This document shows positions 14,152 through 27,446 of a stretch of 64,000 nt of DNA, one piece after another. The notes beneath the pieces are model-generated. The model was not told where the DNA came from. It made no database searches and was given only the letters and a program-made list of their open reading frames with translations. The stretch comes from Tubulanus polymorphus. Lineage: Eukaryota > Animalia > Nemertea. Both the position numbers and the translations under genes were made by a program. The stretch lies in the NCBI RefSeq assembly GCF_964204645.1, contig NC_134025.1, positions 16,777,101 to 16,841,100 of the forward strand, read 5' to 3'. The stretch's first letter is position 1. Each line of letters begins with the position of its first letter.

Positions 14152-14481
14152 CTGAAAAGAGAAGCAAAAATTAACAAGGTGCCCATGGGCACTGTTAGAT
14201 TCAGGGCAAAAGTTAGTGAATTGAAGGAGTTAATCATATCCACCATACTAGACCATACAATGGTTTAGTAAGGTGCTCTAATCTGCTTATACTTGACATA
14301 AAAGGAAATGTATGATATAAAAGTATAATGTAATTAGATTTTAAATGACAAACAGTTGTTTATACAAGGAAGAGAAGGTAAATACATAACACATTTTAAG
14401 TAGGCCTAATAGATTTTGAAATGAAATACATATAAGCATTATAAATCAATAGCCTCCTAATAAATTATAAGGTTTCCTTAA

Positions 14482-15087
14482 CCCTTTTAAGTTCATGCTC
14501 GACCCTAGGTCGTGAGGGAAAAACATTGGCTTTACGTTCATGCTCCGGCGTGCGCTGTAAAAGTGTAAATAATCGTCGTTTCACCTACAGGTTTTCATCA
14601 TAGCACATCATTAGTCGGTAGATGGCGTTTCTGTCGATTATTCACCGTAAAAACTTTTGATGGTTGCAATTCATTGTTTTTGAGCAATTTTGAATCAAAT
14701 TTGTCATTTTTTCGAAATAAAAAAGGTAAAATCATGAATACAGATCAAGTTTTATTACAAATCTTTGCTTATGATGAGTTTGGAGACGATGATTTAGAGC
14801 TAATAGACAGTGAATCCAGTGACTTTATAAAACAGTTTAGATGATATTTATGATATAGACGACTCTGATGAATCTGACCAATGCTATCTAACTAAAATAC
14901 TCAAACCTGGTATCATATGAAAGGTCATAATATTGTCTACAAATTTTCTTTTTCATTGCTAAGCTATGGGACCGATAGTTTTTGAACTTTATGGCTTCAA
15001 ATATGAGTTTTCGAAAAGCGCAACAATGGCCGAAAATAATTGAATTTCTAGGGTAGTCACAGATTAAAAAACTTGAACTTAAAAGGG
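14482..15087 (+). mobile_element. Second piggyBac-type MITE family
   Basis: TTAA|cccttttaagttca ... tgaacttaaaaggg|TTAA; acidic N-terminal remnant (DEFGDDDLELIDSES). Confidence 0.88.
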
Positions 15088-16482
15088 TTAAATCAACAGC
15101 ATCTCAGATCAAATATTTATATTTTTGTTGCTGAAGCTCTTATTAAATCTAATTTACTAATCTATAATAAATCTAGGCAACATATCTACCTTGTACATTA
15201 CTTTTTTAAACAATGATCAATGATATTTTACTATAACAGACCCGGCAGTTTTAGAAATGAATCGATAAACATTTAACAACTAAAAAGTTTCTTTCTGTGT
15301 GGTTGGGTTAGTAACAAGTTCGACATTCTAATGAATTCTCTATCTATTCTTAAATTACAGTTCGACATGAACAATGTGTACGTGTGAGCGATATTTATTA
15401 GGCGGACAGAAGCGACAATCCAAGTTCCCTCATAGTATCATTCTAACAGCAATGCAGTTTAAACCACGCCATATGAGAAAGCATGCGGATCGTGGCCACC
15501 CTACTACGTACCGCACCAGTCTCATCATAAACCTTAGCTTCAAGGAGTAGCGCATAAGAGACGCAGAGGTCAACAAGACGAATCAAACGCAGCGGCAGGG
15601 TCGTAACCAGTAAGCTGCAGCTCATGCAGCGTTCGACTCCTACTATATACTACACAATATTGGTCAAACCGTATGGTGTTTCTTAATGTGAATTAGCATT
15701 GTTTAAAATTCATCTGCATATCGATATAAACATTTTTATCAAGATAATCCCGGGCGTATGCATAATTAATTTCAGTTCAAATATATCCAAACAAATCTTT
15801 TTTTAATTAAGAGAATATCCTTTATCTAAGATTAACGGCTCCGTTGATTTTGGTGAGCTTCATGTGTTGCGAAAACGAGGGCGCTATCATCACAGCTCCT
15901 CAGTAAACACTGCAAACTACGCCGCGCATCGACATGCAATTTTCAGCACAGTACAAGAAAAATTAAAAATCCTCGTCAATTTTATTTCTTCTTGTATAGT
16001 TTTCTTATTGAAGAATTTTATATGTTGTATCAGTAATATATAAAAAGCCTACTTGTAAATTCGACAGCAAATGATTTACAATTCCGCTCATGTGTTTACA
16101 AGTGTAGGAAAAATAACTACAAGTGTAGGAAAAATAACTTCGAGAATAACGAAGATACACTATGTATCAAAGCTCCAATGCTCATTTTTTAATAAGATTT
16201 GCAGTAAGTATTTCAGTGGAATTCTTCAGTCAAACATAAACAATTATAATTTAAATGTAGTTACATTAATAATTTGAGTTTTAGAAACATTCTCCGAGGG
16301 CCTGAGTAAAACTGTTTTTTTATCATAGTGAATCCAACGTTATATATTATATTTCTTACTGTTTCAAAAGGTCATTCAAAACGTATACTCAATTTTAGCA
16401 GTTTGTAATTTTGTATTTTATAGAAATAGAAAGAAACACATACGCACGCACGCACGCACACATGCACGCACACACACACATT

Positions 16483-16958
16483 CTCGATCCTTGGGCCCCA
16501 AAATCAATGGGGCACCTCCCCTCCTTAGGGGTAATCATAATACGTAATATCATAGTCCTGTGATCAACGGTTCTTCTTGAATCGCGTTCACAAGGTTCCA
16601 CATGAATGACCTGTAGTGACCTTGACCTTTTCTTCATGGACCCCAAAATCAATAGGGCACATTCTCTCCCTAGGGGTAATCATAATACGTAATATCATGG
16701 TCTTGCTATCAACGGTTCTTCTTGAATCGCGTTCATGTTTTACATGAATGACCTGTAGTGACCTTGACATTTGGACCATGGACCCCAAAATCAATAGGGC
16801 TCATCCACTCCCAAGGGGTAAACATACTGTGTAATATCAAAGTTCTGCGATCAACGGCTCTTCTTGAATCGCGTTCACAAGGTGATGCGGACAGACAGAC
16901 AGACGAACAGAGGCGGATACCAAGTCCCCCGCCCGCGGCCTACGCCGTGCGGGGAACA
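16483..16958 (+). mobile_element. 5'-truncated copy of the 145-bp HINE-like family
   Basis: Three units matching 7460-8595 and the same 3' end with GC hairpin. Confidence 0.8.
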
Positions 16959-17335
16959 AAAAATATATCAAAAAGGACTTAATTTTGGTCAATGATAACT
17001 GACTTTTTAACGAGAATGAAATCTCTGAAAAATTGATCATGGGAATTTTTGTCATAATTTTCTTTCAAATGTTCATAATTTTGATACATTCATAGAATGA
17101 CATATAAAACAACTAAAACCATGAGTGACCCGGCAAAGTGAGAGCCTGGGTTTCATCAGAGGTTTTTCTTTACCATACGGCCCAATTAGGACAGAAATTT
17201 GAGGCCAGTGCTTTATTAAACTTTATTCTGACAGAATGAAGTTTATTTATTTTCTTATTATATGTATTATAACCCCATACCCCTTTTATTTTAACATCAA
17301 ATCTTTATCGATCTCAGAGACCATAAAAATCTTTA

Positions 17336-18576
17336 ACTAGGGGTCCAGGGACACCATGCCCACTTGGGAAGTGATTTCAAATGCTCAACAATCTAACAAT
17401 TTCAATATTCAACGTCCCCTGGTGACCATATACAAAAACCAATGACCTTAAAATTCACCACAATCACAAAATATGTCAGCAGATAAGATTTTGTATTTGA
17501 TTGTGATAACAAAATATGCCTTGTTACCAATCTAATATAGAAATAATAAGTTATTCTACTATTAAACGCCCCCTGGTGACGTTGAAACTCACCACAATCA
17601 TAGAACATGTAATGAACTACAACTTTGCAATTGATCATGGTAACAAAATATGCCAAGGTACCAACCTAATAAGAAAAATACGAAGTTATTCTACTATTCA
17701 AAGCCCCCTGGTGACCATATAGAATAACTAATGTCCTTAAAACTCACCACAATCATAGACCATGTCATGTGCTACAATTTTGCAATTGATTGTGGTAACA
17801 AAATATGCATAGGTACAAATATAATATAGAAATATTATGTTATTGTATTATTCAACGCCCCCTGGTGGCCATATACAAAAACCAATGACCTTGAAAGTCA
17901 CCAAAATCATAGAACACGTAACGGGCTACAACTTTCCAATTGATTATAGTAACACAATATGCTTAGGTATCAATATAATGTGGATAAACTTTTTCCCATC
18001 TACAAATGAGTACTGATGACACCAAGATGGCAGCCAATTGCGTCATAATTGGCTGATAAAAATACCTGTCTCAGGTATAAAACATCCCTTTAAAAAGAAT
18101 ACCCATCACAAATTGCAATGAGAAATGGCAAACCAGTAGCAAGCTACAGGGCCCAGAATTCCGGACAAAATTGACGTTTTTGGCCACTAAAAAGGTCATA
18201 GGACGGCCATCTTAAATCGGATTGACCTAACTTTCTTATGCTGATTGGCCCTTGGGGGATTCAAATATTTACGAAAGATCTAGGTAATTGATCAAAGCGT
18301 CTTCAAAATTTCCCTCAAAAACTTCAAAAATGTGTAAAAAGTGCTGATTTTGGCGAAAAACAATGGCTGCCAGTCTGCCATCTTGATTCTGACAGGGCCA
18401 GCTTTTGGGTTGAAGATGTGTCTAGGGTAGATACATGTGTAACCCAAATATCAAGACATAACATCGAAGTGCCTTCAAAACTACCCAAAATAACTGGACC
18501 AACGGATGGATGACGGACGAAAAGTGAACGCAATAGACGTTATGGGACTGCTGGGACTAAAGTCCAAAGTGGGCTT
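17336..18576 (+). mobile_element. HINE-like family 2 (135-155-bp internal repeats); other copies 23576-23633+28428-28565, 30131-30703, 51341-52049
   Basis: Start actaggggtccagggacaccatgcccacttggg; subterminal IR gcccactt/aagtgggc; repeated caacgccccctggtgaccatat units. Confidence 0.8.
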
Positions 18577-18624
18577 AAAAGTCGGAATTCCGATTAAAGT
18601 CGGAAGATTGGGATCCCTGTACAT

Positions 18625-19247
18625 AACAGCTTCTAGTAACCTTGACCTTAAACCAACACGACCTGAAATCCACGGTCCCTAGGATAACCCATCCATAGAA
18701 TTTCAGTAAGTTATCTTAAACCATTTATGAGTTAGAGCCAGGAAATGAAATTCACAAAATGGCTTCCTGTGACCTTGACCTTGAACCTACAGGACCCAAA
18801 ATCTTATCAGATACCCATGGCCCCTAGGGTAACCCATCCATAGAATTTCAGTAAGTTATCTTCAACCGTTTATGACTTAGAGCCAGAAAATGAAATTCAC
18901 AAAATGGCTTCCTGCGACCTTGACCTTAGACCTACCAGACCCAAAATCTTATCAGATACCCACGGCCCCTAGGGTAACCCATCCATAGAATTTCAGTAAG
19001 TTATCTTCAACCGTTTATGAGTTAGAGCCAGGAAATGAGATTCACAAAATGGCTTCCTGCGACCTTGACCTTGGATGTACAGTACCCAAAATCTTATCAG
19101 TTACTAACCTCATATAGTACAACACAACTGTTGAATTTGAAGAAAATCTGTCGAAGGGTTTTAGCTGCTAGGGCATGGAAACCACTGCGGACACACGGAC
19201 GGACAGACAGACGACGAAGTGAATACAGTACACGTTGTGGGGGCATA
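18625..19247 (+). repeat. HINE-like family 3 with ~3.5 tandem 144-145-bp units; partial copy at 29095-29330
   Basis: taacccatccatagaatttcag at 18686, 18830, 18975; gacg/gaca microsatellite tail. Confidence 0.75.
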
Positions 19248-19708
19248 AAAACAATATTCGAAAGAGGAAGAGAAGGTAAATACGTAACACTAATTTAAAG
19301 TAGGCCTAACAGATTTTGAAATGAAATATATTCAAAATACATGCAAAAGGTCAACAAGATGAATTCCACGCAGAGGCAGGATCATAGCGAGAAATCCACA
19401 TCAAATGTTGTGATCGAATGCAACTATATATATACTACGCAATATTGGTCGACCTGTATGGTGTTTTTAATGCGAATTAGAATTGTTTAAAATTCATCTG
19501 CATATCGATACAAACGATATGCAGATATTCTTTTTGTCAAAATAACCCCCGGGCTATCATCACAGCTCCGCAGTAAATACTGCAAAGTACGCCACGCATC
19601 GACATGCAATTTTCAGCACAGTACAAGAAAAATGAAAAATCCTTGGCAGTTTTATTTCTCTTTTTATAGTTTTCTTATTGAAGAATTTTATATGTTGTGT
19701 CATATATG

Positions 19709-21781
19709 AATGGCTGAATCCAAGAACATGTCTATCGCACTTTTGAGCCCAAACATCTACTCTTACTTAGTAGCCACTTGAGAACAATAAGCAATTAACG
19801 ATATCAGCTACTTTTCCAGTAGTATACATTTCAAAACAGTCACTCTGAAATAGTATTCCTTTCAATTCGGTTGGTTTTTTATAATGGCCGTTTCGAAAAG
19901 TCTACTATTGAAAAGTGACCATTTTAAAACATCTGGTTTCGATAGTGCACACTAGGAGTAGAAGTGAGTGCAAAACCACCCGCCCACAAACAGTGACTTT
20001 GTGATAGTAACCCCTCCCATAACAGGTTCTCTCATAACACATCGTTTCTTGAAGTCAACTATTGAAAAGTGACCATTTTGAGATGGCGTGGTATTTCCTA
20101 TTCAAAATAGCAGCAACGGTTAAAGATTTGCAGTGATAAGTGACAGCTTCAAAGGTACCGTTAAACCCCATATGCTTTGTATACAGAACTCTGTATGCTT
20201 TGAATACAGTTCTGTGAATAGAAAATCTAAGTTTTTGAGTTGCTAAGAATCCCCTTAATTATATTAAGCTCAACAAAACGGCAATATTCAATAGGAAACT
20301 ATTTTTTAAGATTTTTGTTTTACATTTGCGATTATAAAAAATTCTGGATGCGTTCATAAATCTTTGATTTTGTAGAAAAGACAAAAAATAAATTGGTCTT
20401 TTCGGCTTAATTTGTCTTTAAGGATATATGAGAGGAATATCCAAATAATATCATATGTTCATATAAAATATATAAAATCATATGTCCTATTTATCTCATT
20501 ATCTGGATGAAGACTACAAAAAATATTCCGAAAAAATGTATCTCACATACTTAGAATTAACCTTGAATTCATTGTTCATTTCGATACTAACGATTTTTAA
20601 GTAATCCATGATGTAATGTTCACTTTGTCACGCTGTTCTCTGCTTGTTCGTTAATTAATATTGAATCCTTTTATTGCATGCTAGAAGTGATACCCTAATC
20701 AAAATCTTATTTCATATACAGTTTGGTTGAAATGAAATTACCAACTTATTATAAAAGATCACACGCTTAGCGTATAAAAGTGCAGTGTTGAGATGTTCAT
20801 CAGCAATTTCATTTGATAGAGAAAACTTCTTTTGGCTTAAGATGTAAAAGAAATGCAATAGGCTGTAATTTTAGTTTCACATACTTTCCTCCTTTGTTGA
20901 GTAAATTGTTTATATAGGTTATCAAAAACCCAGCAGCAGCTAAGGGAAAATTCAAAACACTCTGAAATGCACATCTTAATTTAAGATGCAAAGACAACCA
21001 GGCCCCTGCTGAAAATAAACCACCATTTCAATAATGAGAGGTTAGCCTGAATTTATGATGGCGCTTTTTATCTAAGAATTTAAATCAAAAATAAATGCAG
21101 ACCTATGCTTGAAAATAGACGCATTTGTTCAAATTGAATTCTTCACTAAACTATATCGCCATGAAAAGAAGTAAATTCGATTTATCTTAAAACTACATAA
21201 CTATTGACAATTTGTAAACAAATTTAACTCCAATGTCGACTTTTATTGGTTAGACTTGGGAATCGCTCATTACATTTCACATCCTCAAATAGTATCTACA
21301 ATATCTTCAGATCGTAACTGAGTATCTCTAAATGGAACTATACCCCAAACTATAGCGTGAGTAGAGTTTTCAGATTGTTTATATTGTCACGCATCACTGC
21401 AAATCTGAAGCATATGTTGCTACAGTGTATTTATAACATGTACGTAATCAAACAAGCGATCTCAAAATGGTCACTTTTCAATAGTTGACTTTTAGAGACG
21501 ATGTGTTTTGAGAGTAGCTGTTAATGTAGGAGTTACTTTCACAAAGTCACTGTTTACAGGCGGGTGGTTTTACAGTCACCTCTACTGCCAGTGTGCACTA
21601 TCAAAACCAGATGTTTAAAAATGGTAACACTTTTCAATAGTAGACTCTTCAAAACAGCCACTATAAAAAACCAACTGAATTGAAAGGTAGACAATTTCAG
21701 AGTGAAATGAATACTACTGGAAAAGTAGCTGATATCGTTAATTGCTTATTTACGATAGACATGTTATTGGATTCAGCCTTT
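19709..21781. mobile_element. Non-autonomous long-TIR (Mutator/foldback-like) element; partial copy 31125-31730
   Basis: ~400-bp TIRs ggctgaatccaagaacatgtctatcg / cgatagacatgttattggattcagcc; atatatg(aa) duplicated on both flanks. Confidence 0.8.
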
Positions 21782-21865
21782 TATATATGAAGCCTACTTG
21801 TAAATTAAACAGCAAATGTTGTACAAATGCGCTCATATTGTGTAAGTAGATGCGTTATTCGTGCT

Positions 21866-22135
21866 GTGCAATAGTTCGTGTGGCTTTTATATCAAGAAAA
21901 CCTCTTCCCCGCAACAAAACCGCATATTTGGTTTTGACAGCAATTAGGCCTAAACAATCCATATACTGCTTCAATAGGCTCTTAGGCATGCCCGTAAAGT
22001 TGATAGGCCTAATTTCTTATGAGACATTTCTTCTCGTGCAATAGTTCGTGTGGCTATTACATCGAGAAAACCTTTTCCTCACAACAAAACCGCATGATAT
22101 TTTGTTTTGACAGCAATTAGGCCTAAACAATCCAT
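21866..22135. repeat. Tandem duplication, ~171-bp period
   Basis: gtgcaatagttcgtgtggct...ggcctaaacaatccat occurs twice. Confidence 0.8.
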
Positions 22136-24196
22136 GTGCCTATGCCTAGTCAGTTGAAAATTCCTACCCACTGCACCGATAAAGAATGATTGCAGCAGCA
22201 GTGATAGTAAGTGATGGTACCGTTCATGATTTTGTTTTTATGATAGTTATTGGACGTCAAGTTAATTGAACTGAAATGAAGTTTCCATTTTGTGACTTGC
22301 TGGACCAACTTTTCACTCATTGGCCTTCTTCCCTCCTGCATAGTTAACGCTATTAGTTCGGATTGGTTATTTTACGGAGATGCCATTTTGAATCTGTCGA
22401 TTCCAAACAGTGCCTAAACTGTTTTTAAAAAGGTTTTAAAATAGTTAAGATGGTATAGGCTATGTGGCGATAATGTTCATTTTCTGTTAATATATCCTTA
22501 CATGAAAAGACAAGCCCATTTTAGCTGCCCAGAAGATCATGCTACATGAAAAAATGCATGAAGAATTGGTGTAGGCATCGTGCTGAAAAGAAATCCAAGA
22601 TGGAAAGCAACCCTGGTGGCCATACTTGAACTCAATTTTCAATAAGAGGTAGAAATTTCACCTACCAAAATTCTTACACCTAGTATCATGAAAATGCATC
22701 TAGAATTGCAGGCCGTTTTGTGCTAGAAATTCAAGATGGCTGACCTAGCGGCCATATTTGAAGGCCGATGACCTCCATATACAAAAGGCATGGACAGCTT
22801 ACCTACCCTGATCCCTTACTTACCCACACACCAAATTTTGTGATAATCCATCAAGAATTGCCGGCTGCATTGGCAAACAAGAAATTCAAGATGGCCACCC
22901 CAATGGCAGCCATATTTGATCACTAATGACATTTTTTACAATAGGTGACTTTCAGTAGAATGTCAGAAACTAGGTTCCTTTCTTTAAAGGTTTATTTGTT
23001 GCATGTCATTCATAGACAATCAGTTTTATAATACTTTATTCATAGCTTTGAAGCGGCGCCCCGGCATCGAACACTCAAGCAAGATCAGCCAGTTTAGGCC
23101 AACGATAACAGAAAACAGACCCCGTTTTTGCCGGTTAAGAGCGTCTCTCCATATAAATTAGAGGGACTGTAATGGACCAATTGTTGACACTAACCTTAAT
23201 AAACTTTGTATGGATACAATCAAGTTAATTCCACCCTATAATTCCACTATTTAATGATCGACGTGCAGCTTATACATGGCGCGGCCATTCAATACGCTAA
23301 TCACGATGTATCTCTACACACATCAAAATCACACTTGAATTACAAGTGTTGACTTATGAGAAACAATTGAAATCTAGCAATTTGATTGGGAAAATAGCAG
23401 CACTATAGTTGAAAAAAGTTGATAAACCACCGACTCCCTAATCCTTTAAAAGCTTTACCTTCACATGGAACTATTTCACAGGTGCACTCTGCCGCCGTGA
23501 TTCACCCATTCAACGATAAAAACTTTCCCACAGTCTTACTATCGGCATTTTCTAATAAGTTAGGGAAATATTCAAACTAGGGGTCCAGGGACACCATGCC
23601 CACTTGGGCAGTGGTTTCAAATGCTCAACAATCCAGGGGTTAGATTTCAAGGCGCGCCTATGAGCACGTAAAATATCTCGTAGAAGTGCTACTCACAGCA
23701 CACCTAAGTCTTATTCAATAGCGTAAATTGTAGAAAGTTTATTGATTTCCCAAAACCTTGGTGCAAAGTAGAAAGTTTATTGATTTCCCAAAACCTTGGT
23801 GCAAAGTAGAAAGTTTATTGATTTCCCAATAACTTGTAAAATAGAAAGTAAGTATCCTTGGAGTAATCATTTGACTACTCCAATTCAAAATGCCGGTGCA
23901 ACTGGCCACTTTCCTTAGTTGCGGCGTCTGTGACGTAATAGGCCAGAGAACCTCTACTGATGCTAATGGAGCAAAGGTGATGGTAACAGAGGTAAGTGTA
24001 TGTTTATTTCAAATGAATAAAATATATTTCATTAAAAAGAATATTAGTTAGTTATCATCTTCTACAATTCGTTGTCTCCCCTGGCCCTGCCTCCAATGAA
24101 TAGTCTCTCTTATCCAGTGACTAATTGATCTGTTTCGTCAAAAGCATGTTGTCATTGGTGAAATGCGAGCTGATAACAGGCCCAGCGAAAGAAAAG

Positions 24197-24470
24197 GCTG
24201 GCTTATGTCGACAAGCGAGACGCGACGCCCTCTGATGCAACTGGCAGACACCGCGATCGCAGCCCAGTATGTCGACTGGCTCCGATTCCCTGCAACTGGA
24301 GCCCGACTAGCGGAATATGGGATCCACCCAGTCGCAAGCGGGCTAATCTGAAACAGACAGGGCTACAGCCGCAACTGGCAGCCTATCGTAGGCTGCTCAG
24401 TTGCCACTACCTTCGGCGATAAACCCAGTTGCGTCGGTAGGCGTCGCGTCGCTTGTCGACATAAGCCAGC
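24197..24470. mobile_element. MITE nested in the hAT element
   Basis: TIR gctggcttatgtcgacaagcga..cgcgacgcc / ggcgtcgcgtcgcttgtcgacataagccagc. Confidence 0.8.
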
Positions 24471-24947
24471 AATGAGACAATCACTAAACAGTAAGGAATT
24501 TGCATTCAGAATTAAAATGATTTTTCCTTAAGTTGTTTTCATTCATCAGCGATAGTTTACTCAGCATAGACTCGCGTAATGCTTAAAAAACGACCGCTCC
24601 GCGGACACTCGGAACGTTAGTGACGTCATCACTGTTCATTAAAACGTTGTAGGTGGCGCCACGTTACGGGCTGCGAAAGCCATTTTCCAACATTACACGA
24701 GCCGTATGATGGGGAAACAATCGCTGATACATGTATATAAAAACTCAAAACGAATTTAATTCATAATTTATTTCTGAATGCAAAATCCTAACTGAACGAA
24801 TCGATGCATAATATTCAGATCAACTGATTATTAACGAAATTACGGATCAAAACGTCGCACGTCTCTCTATCCGGCCTTTGATTATGTGAAATGAGATAAA
24901 CTCAATTCACTATCACATAATCGAAGCTCCTGTCAATAAACTTTACT

Positions 24948-27446
24948 TTGTGTTTTACTAATATGTGTTATAGCCTAATGTGTATTAATGTGTATGTGGA
25001 CAAATACGTTATTGGTACCAATTTTGTTTCAAAACACACGGTGACTCGGCATTTGTCATCCCTTGCACACAGGATCGCCCAAGACGTCGAAAAACTGAGC
25101 CAAGATCAAATGTCCATCCGTTCAACTGACGACGTCCAGTCAACAAGTGCCGCTATTGCTAAAGTAGTTACTCAGCAACCTCAAATTGACTGGGCAATTA
25201 ATAGCGTAGCCGAAGACGCTTATTACAAGTTGTTTAAAACAGCGTACCTCTTGGCAGTCGATGGTTTGCCGCTGAAATCTTTCAAAACCCTTGTGAAAGT
25301 ACAGAAAGGTAATGGTGTTAGACTCATTACAGGAAATGATTGTAGGGAGAGGGAAAGAGAATTTATACATGAAATTGCCGACGCCATCCGCGAGAAACTT
25401 GCCATAATTATGTGTTCTGTAAATGCATTTACTATTTTGAGTGAAGGGTCCCAGCCACGAAAAACTGGCAAAGAAAAGGAACTTATCCTTGTACCGGTAG
25501 TTCGAGGAGGGGTGCCCCTTTATTTTTGTGTTTGTTTAATTGATGTCGATGCATATGGAACGGCCCTGGATGAGTGTTTCAGTTCAACAATCAAACTTCA
25601 ACCTCAAGACCAGTATACTTATAAACTGGTTTCTATGACATCCGCTGGGGCATCAGTAAATACTGGCGCCTACTCTGGGTTATTAACCAGAATGAAAAAT
25701 GATAATCGGCCCTGGTTGGTAGTCATGCATTGCGTCTCCCATCGCTTGGAATTAGCTCTAAAAGATTCACTCACGAGTAAAAAGGAATTTTCTGAGGTCA
25801 AAGAGTTTTTACAGACACTGTACTATTTTTGCCGTAATTCTGGAAAGATGAAACGACATTTCTTTAAATTGGGGGATATGTTAGATGTCCAGGTTTATGG
25901 AACAACAAAAGTTCATGGTGCACGCTTTGTAAACCATGTACGTACAGGTCTTGGTAACCTCCTTTGTAATTGGCTTGTTTTAATACAGGCCTTTGAAAAT
26001 TCGGAGGTCAAAGAGTTTTTACAGACACTGTACTATTTTTGCCGTAATTCTGGAAAGATGAAACGACATTTCTTTAAATTGGGGGATATGTTAGATGTCC
26101 AGGTTTATGGAACAACAAAAGTTCATGGTACACGCTTTGTAAACCATGTATGTACAGGTCTTGGTAACCTCCTTTGTAATTGGCTTGTTTTAATACAGGC
26201 CTTTGAAAATTCGTTAAATGGCAATAGCATGAGGAACATACATCCTAAGATTACAGGTTTATTGAAAAAGTTAAAAAACGTTAATTTTCTAGTAACGTGT
26301 GCATTCATGAAACAGATACTAGATAATGTATCGAAGTTCTCTCTCTTCATAGAGAAAGGAGAGTTGAACGCTTGGGATGTGCTTCCGGGTGTCGAAATGA
26401 CGAAGTCGAAAAATGATGATTTGTTTAGGGATGGCTTTGAAAGTACTACAGCCTACTTAAAAGATTACTACCGGATGGATCTAGATATTGAATCGTGTGA
26501 CCTCACGCACGACATACCCCGCAAAGGTCACTTGAGACGAAAAGCCGAAAACCGCGAATATACAACTTTGTCATGCAATTTGAATCCTGGTAGGCAGTTC
26601 ATGGTTACATGTTCAACTTTTGAAATCTGTCATACCAGAGATAAACATGAAAATTCAGACCCGGTTCAGCTCATTTTCTTCAGATTTATTTAAGCATATG
26701 TGTTGGATAGATCCCGCTAACTGGCATGACTCCTTGTCAGAACTTTCGTCCATTTCATTCCTCGCAAACCATTTTGCAGTTTCAATGGATAAATCTGGAT
26801 TAAATGAATCTAGAATCAAAACGGAATGGTATAATTTGAAAAGACTAGTGAACTTTTACTACCGTGGTGTAAAAGTTGGGAAATTGTGGCAAAAGATTTT
26901 CGATAATAGGAGGAAACAGTTCCCAAATATCTGATTGATTGTGGAGATAGTACTTTGCTTGGGACCAAGTAACAGCATAGTCGAAAAATGTTTCAGTTCC
27001 TTGACAGCCATGTTGTCTGACAGGCGCCTGAGTCTCCAGGGTGATACAATGGAAGATCTGCTGATCATTAAATGTAATCACCTAACGTGGTCTCAAGAAC
27101 GGGAAGATATACCAAAATCAGCTCTTTTAAGTTTTTGTCACGTGGTGGACGAAAGAGGCAGATCGATAAAGCTGATTTTGACTTATTTTGCATACAACCC
27201 CACGCTAAAAAGCAGAGTCGAGGACAAATCTGACACTAGCGACGACAATGACTTGCATGGGGGGGTTTGTGATGGACACCGATAGCTCACCGGCTGATAC
27301 TGATTCAGAAACAGACTACGAATTCGATGGACCAGACCTATTAGGAAGTATTGCTCAAGAAAATTCTGACGAGTTCGAAAACTATGAATATTTGTTTAAT
27401 GATGTGAACTTAAACCATTCCTCCGATAGTGACTCCTCATCCGCTT
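24948..27446 (+). pseudogene. hAT (ZNF862-like) transposase, frameshifted, 5'-deleted
   Basis: GASVNTG, HCVSHRLELALKD, C-terminal SNSIVEKCFS..RRLSL dimerisation motif; catalytic Asp positions altered (SEGS, TSAG); frameshift ~26620; stop 26932-4. Confidence 0.88.

Noticed and set aside
14152-14246. N-terminal extension MVDMINSF... of the DM ORF
   Set aside because: Probably intron read-through, since a strong acceptor lies at 14152-3; cannot be fully excluded
23730-23830. 38-bp unit repeated ~2.7 times
   Set aside because: Ordinary subterminal tandem repeat of the hAT element
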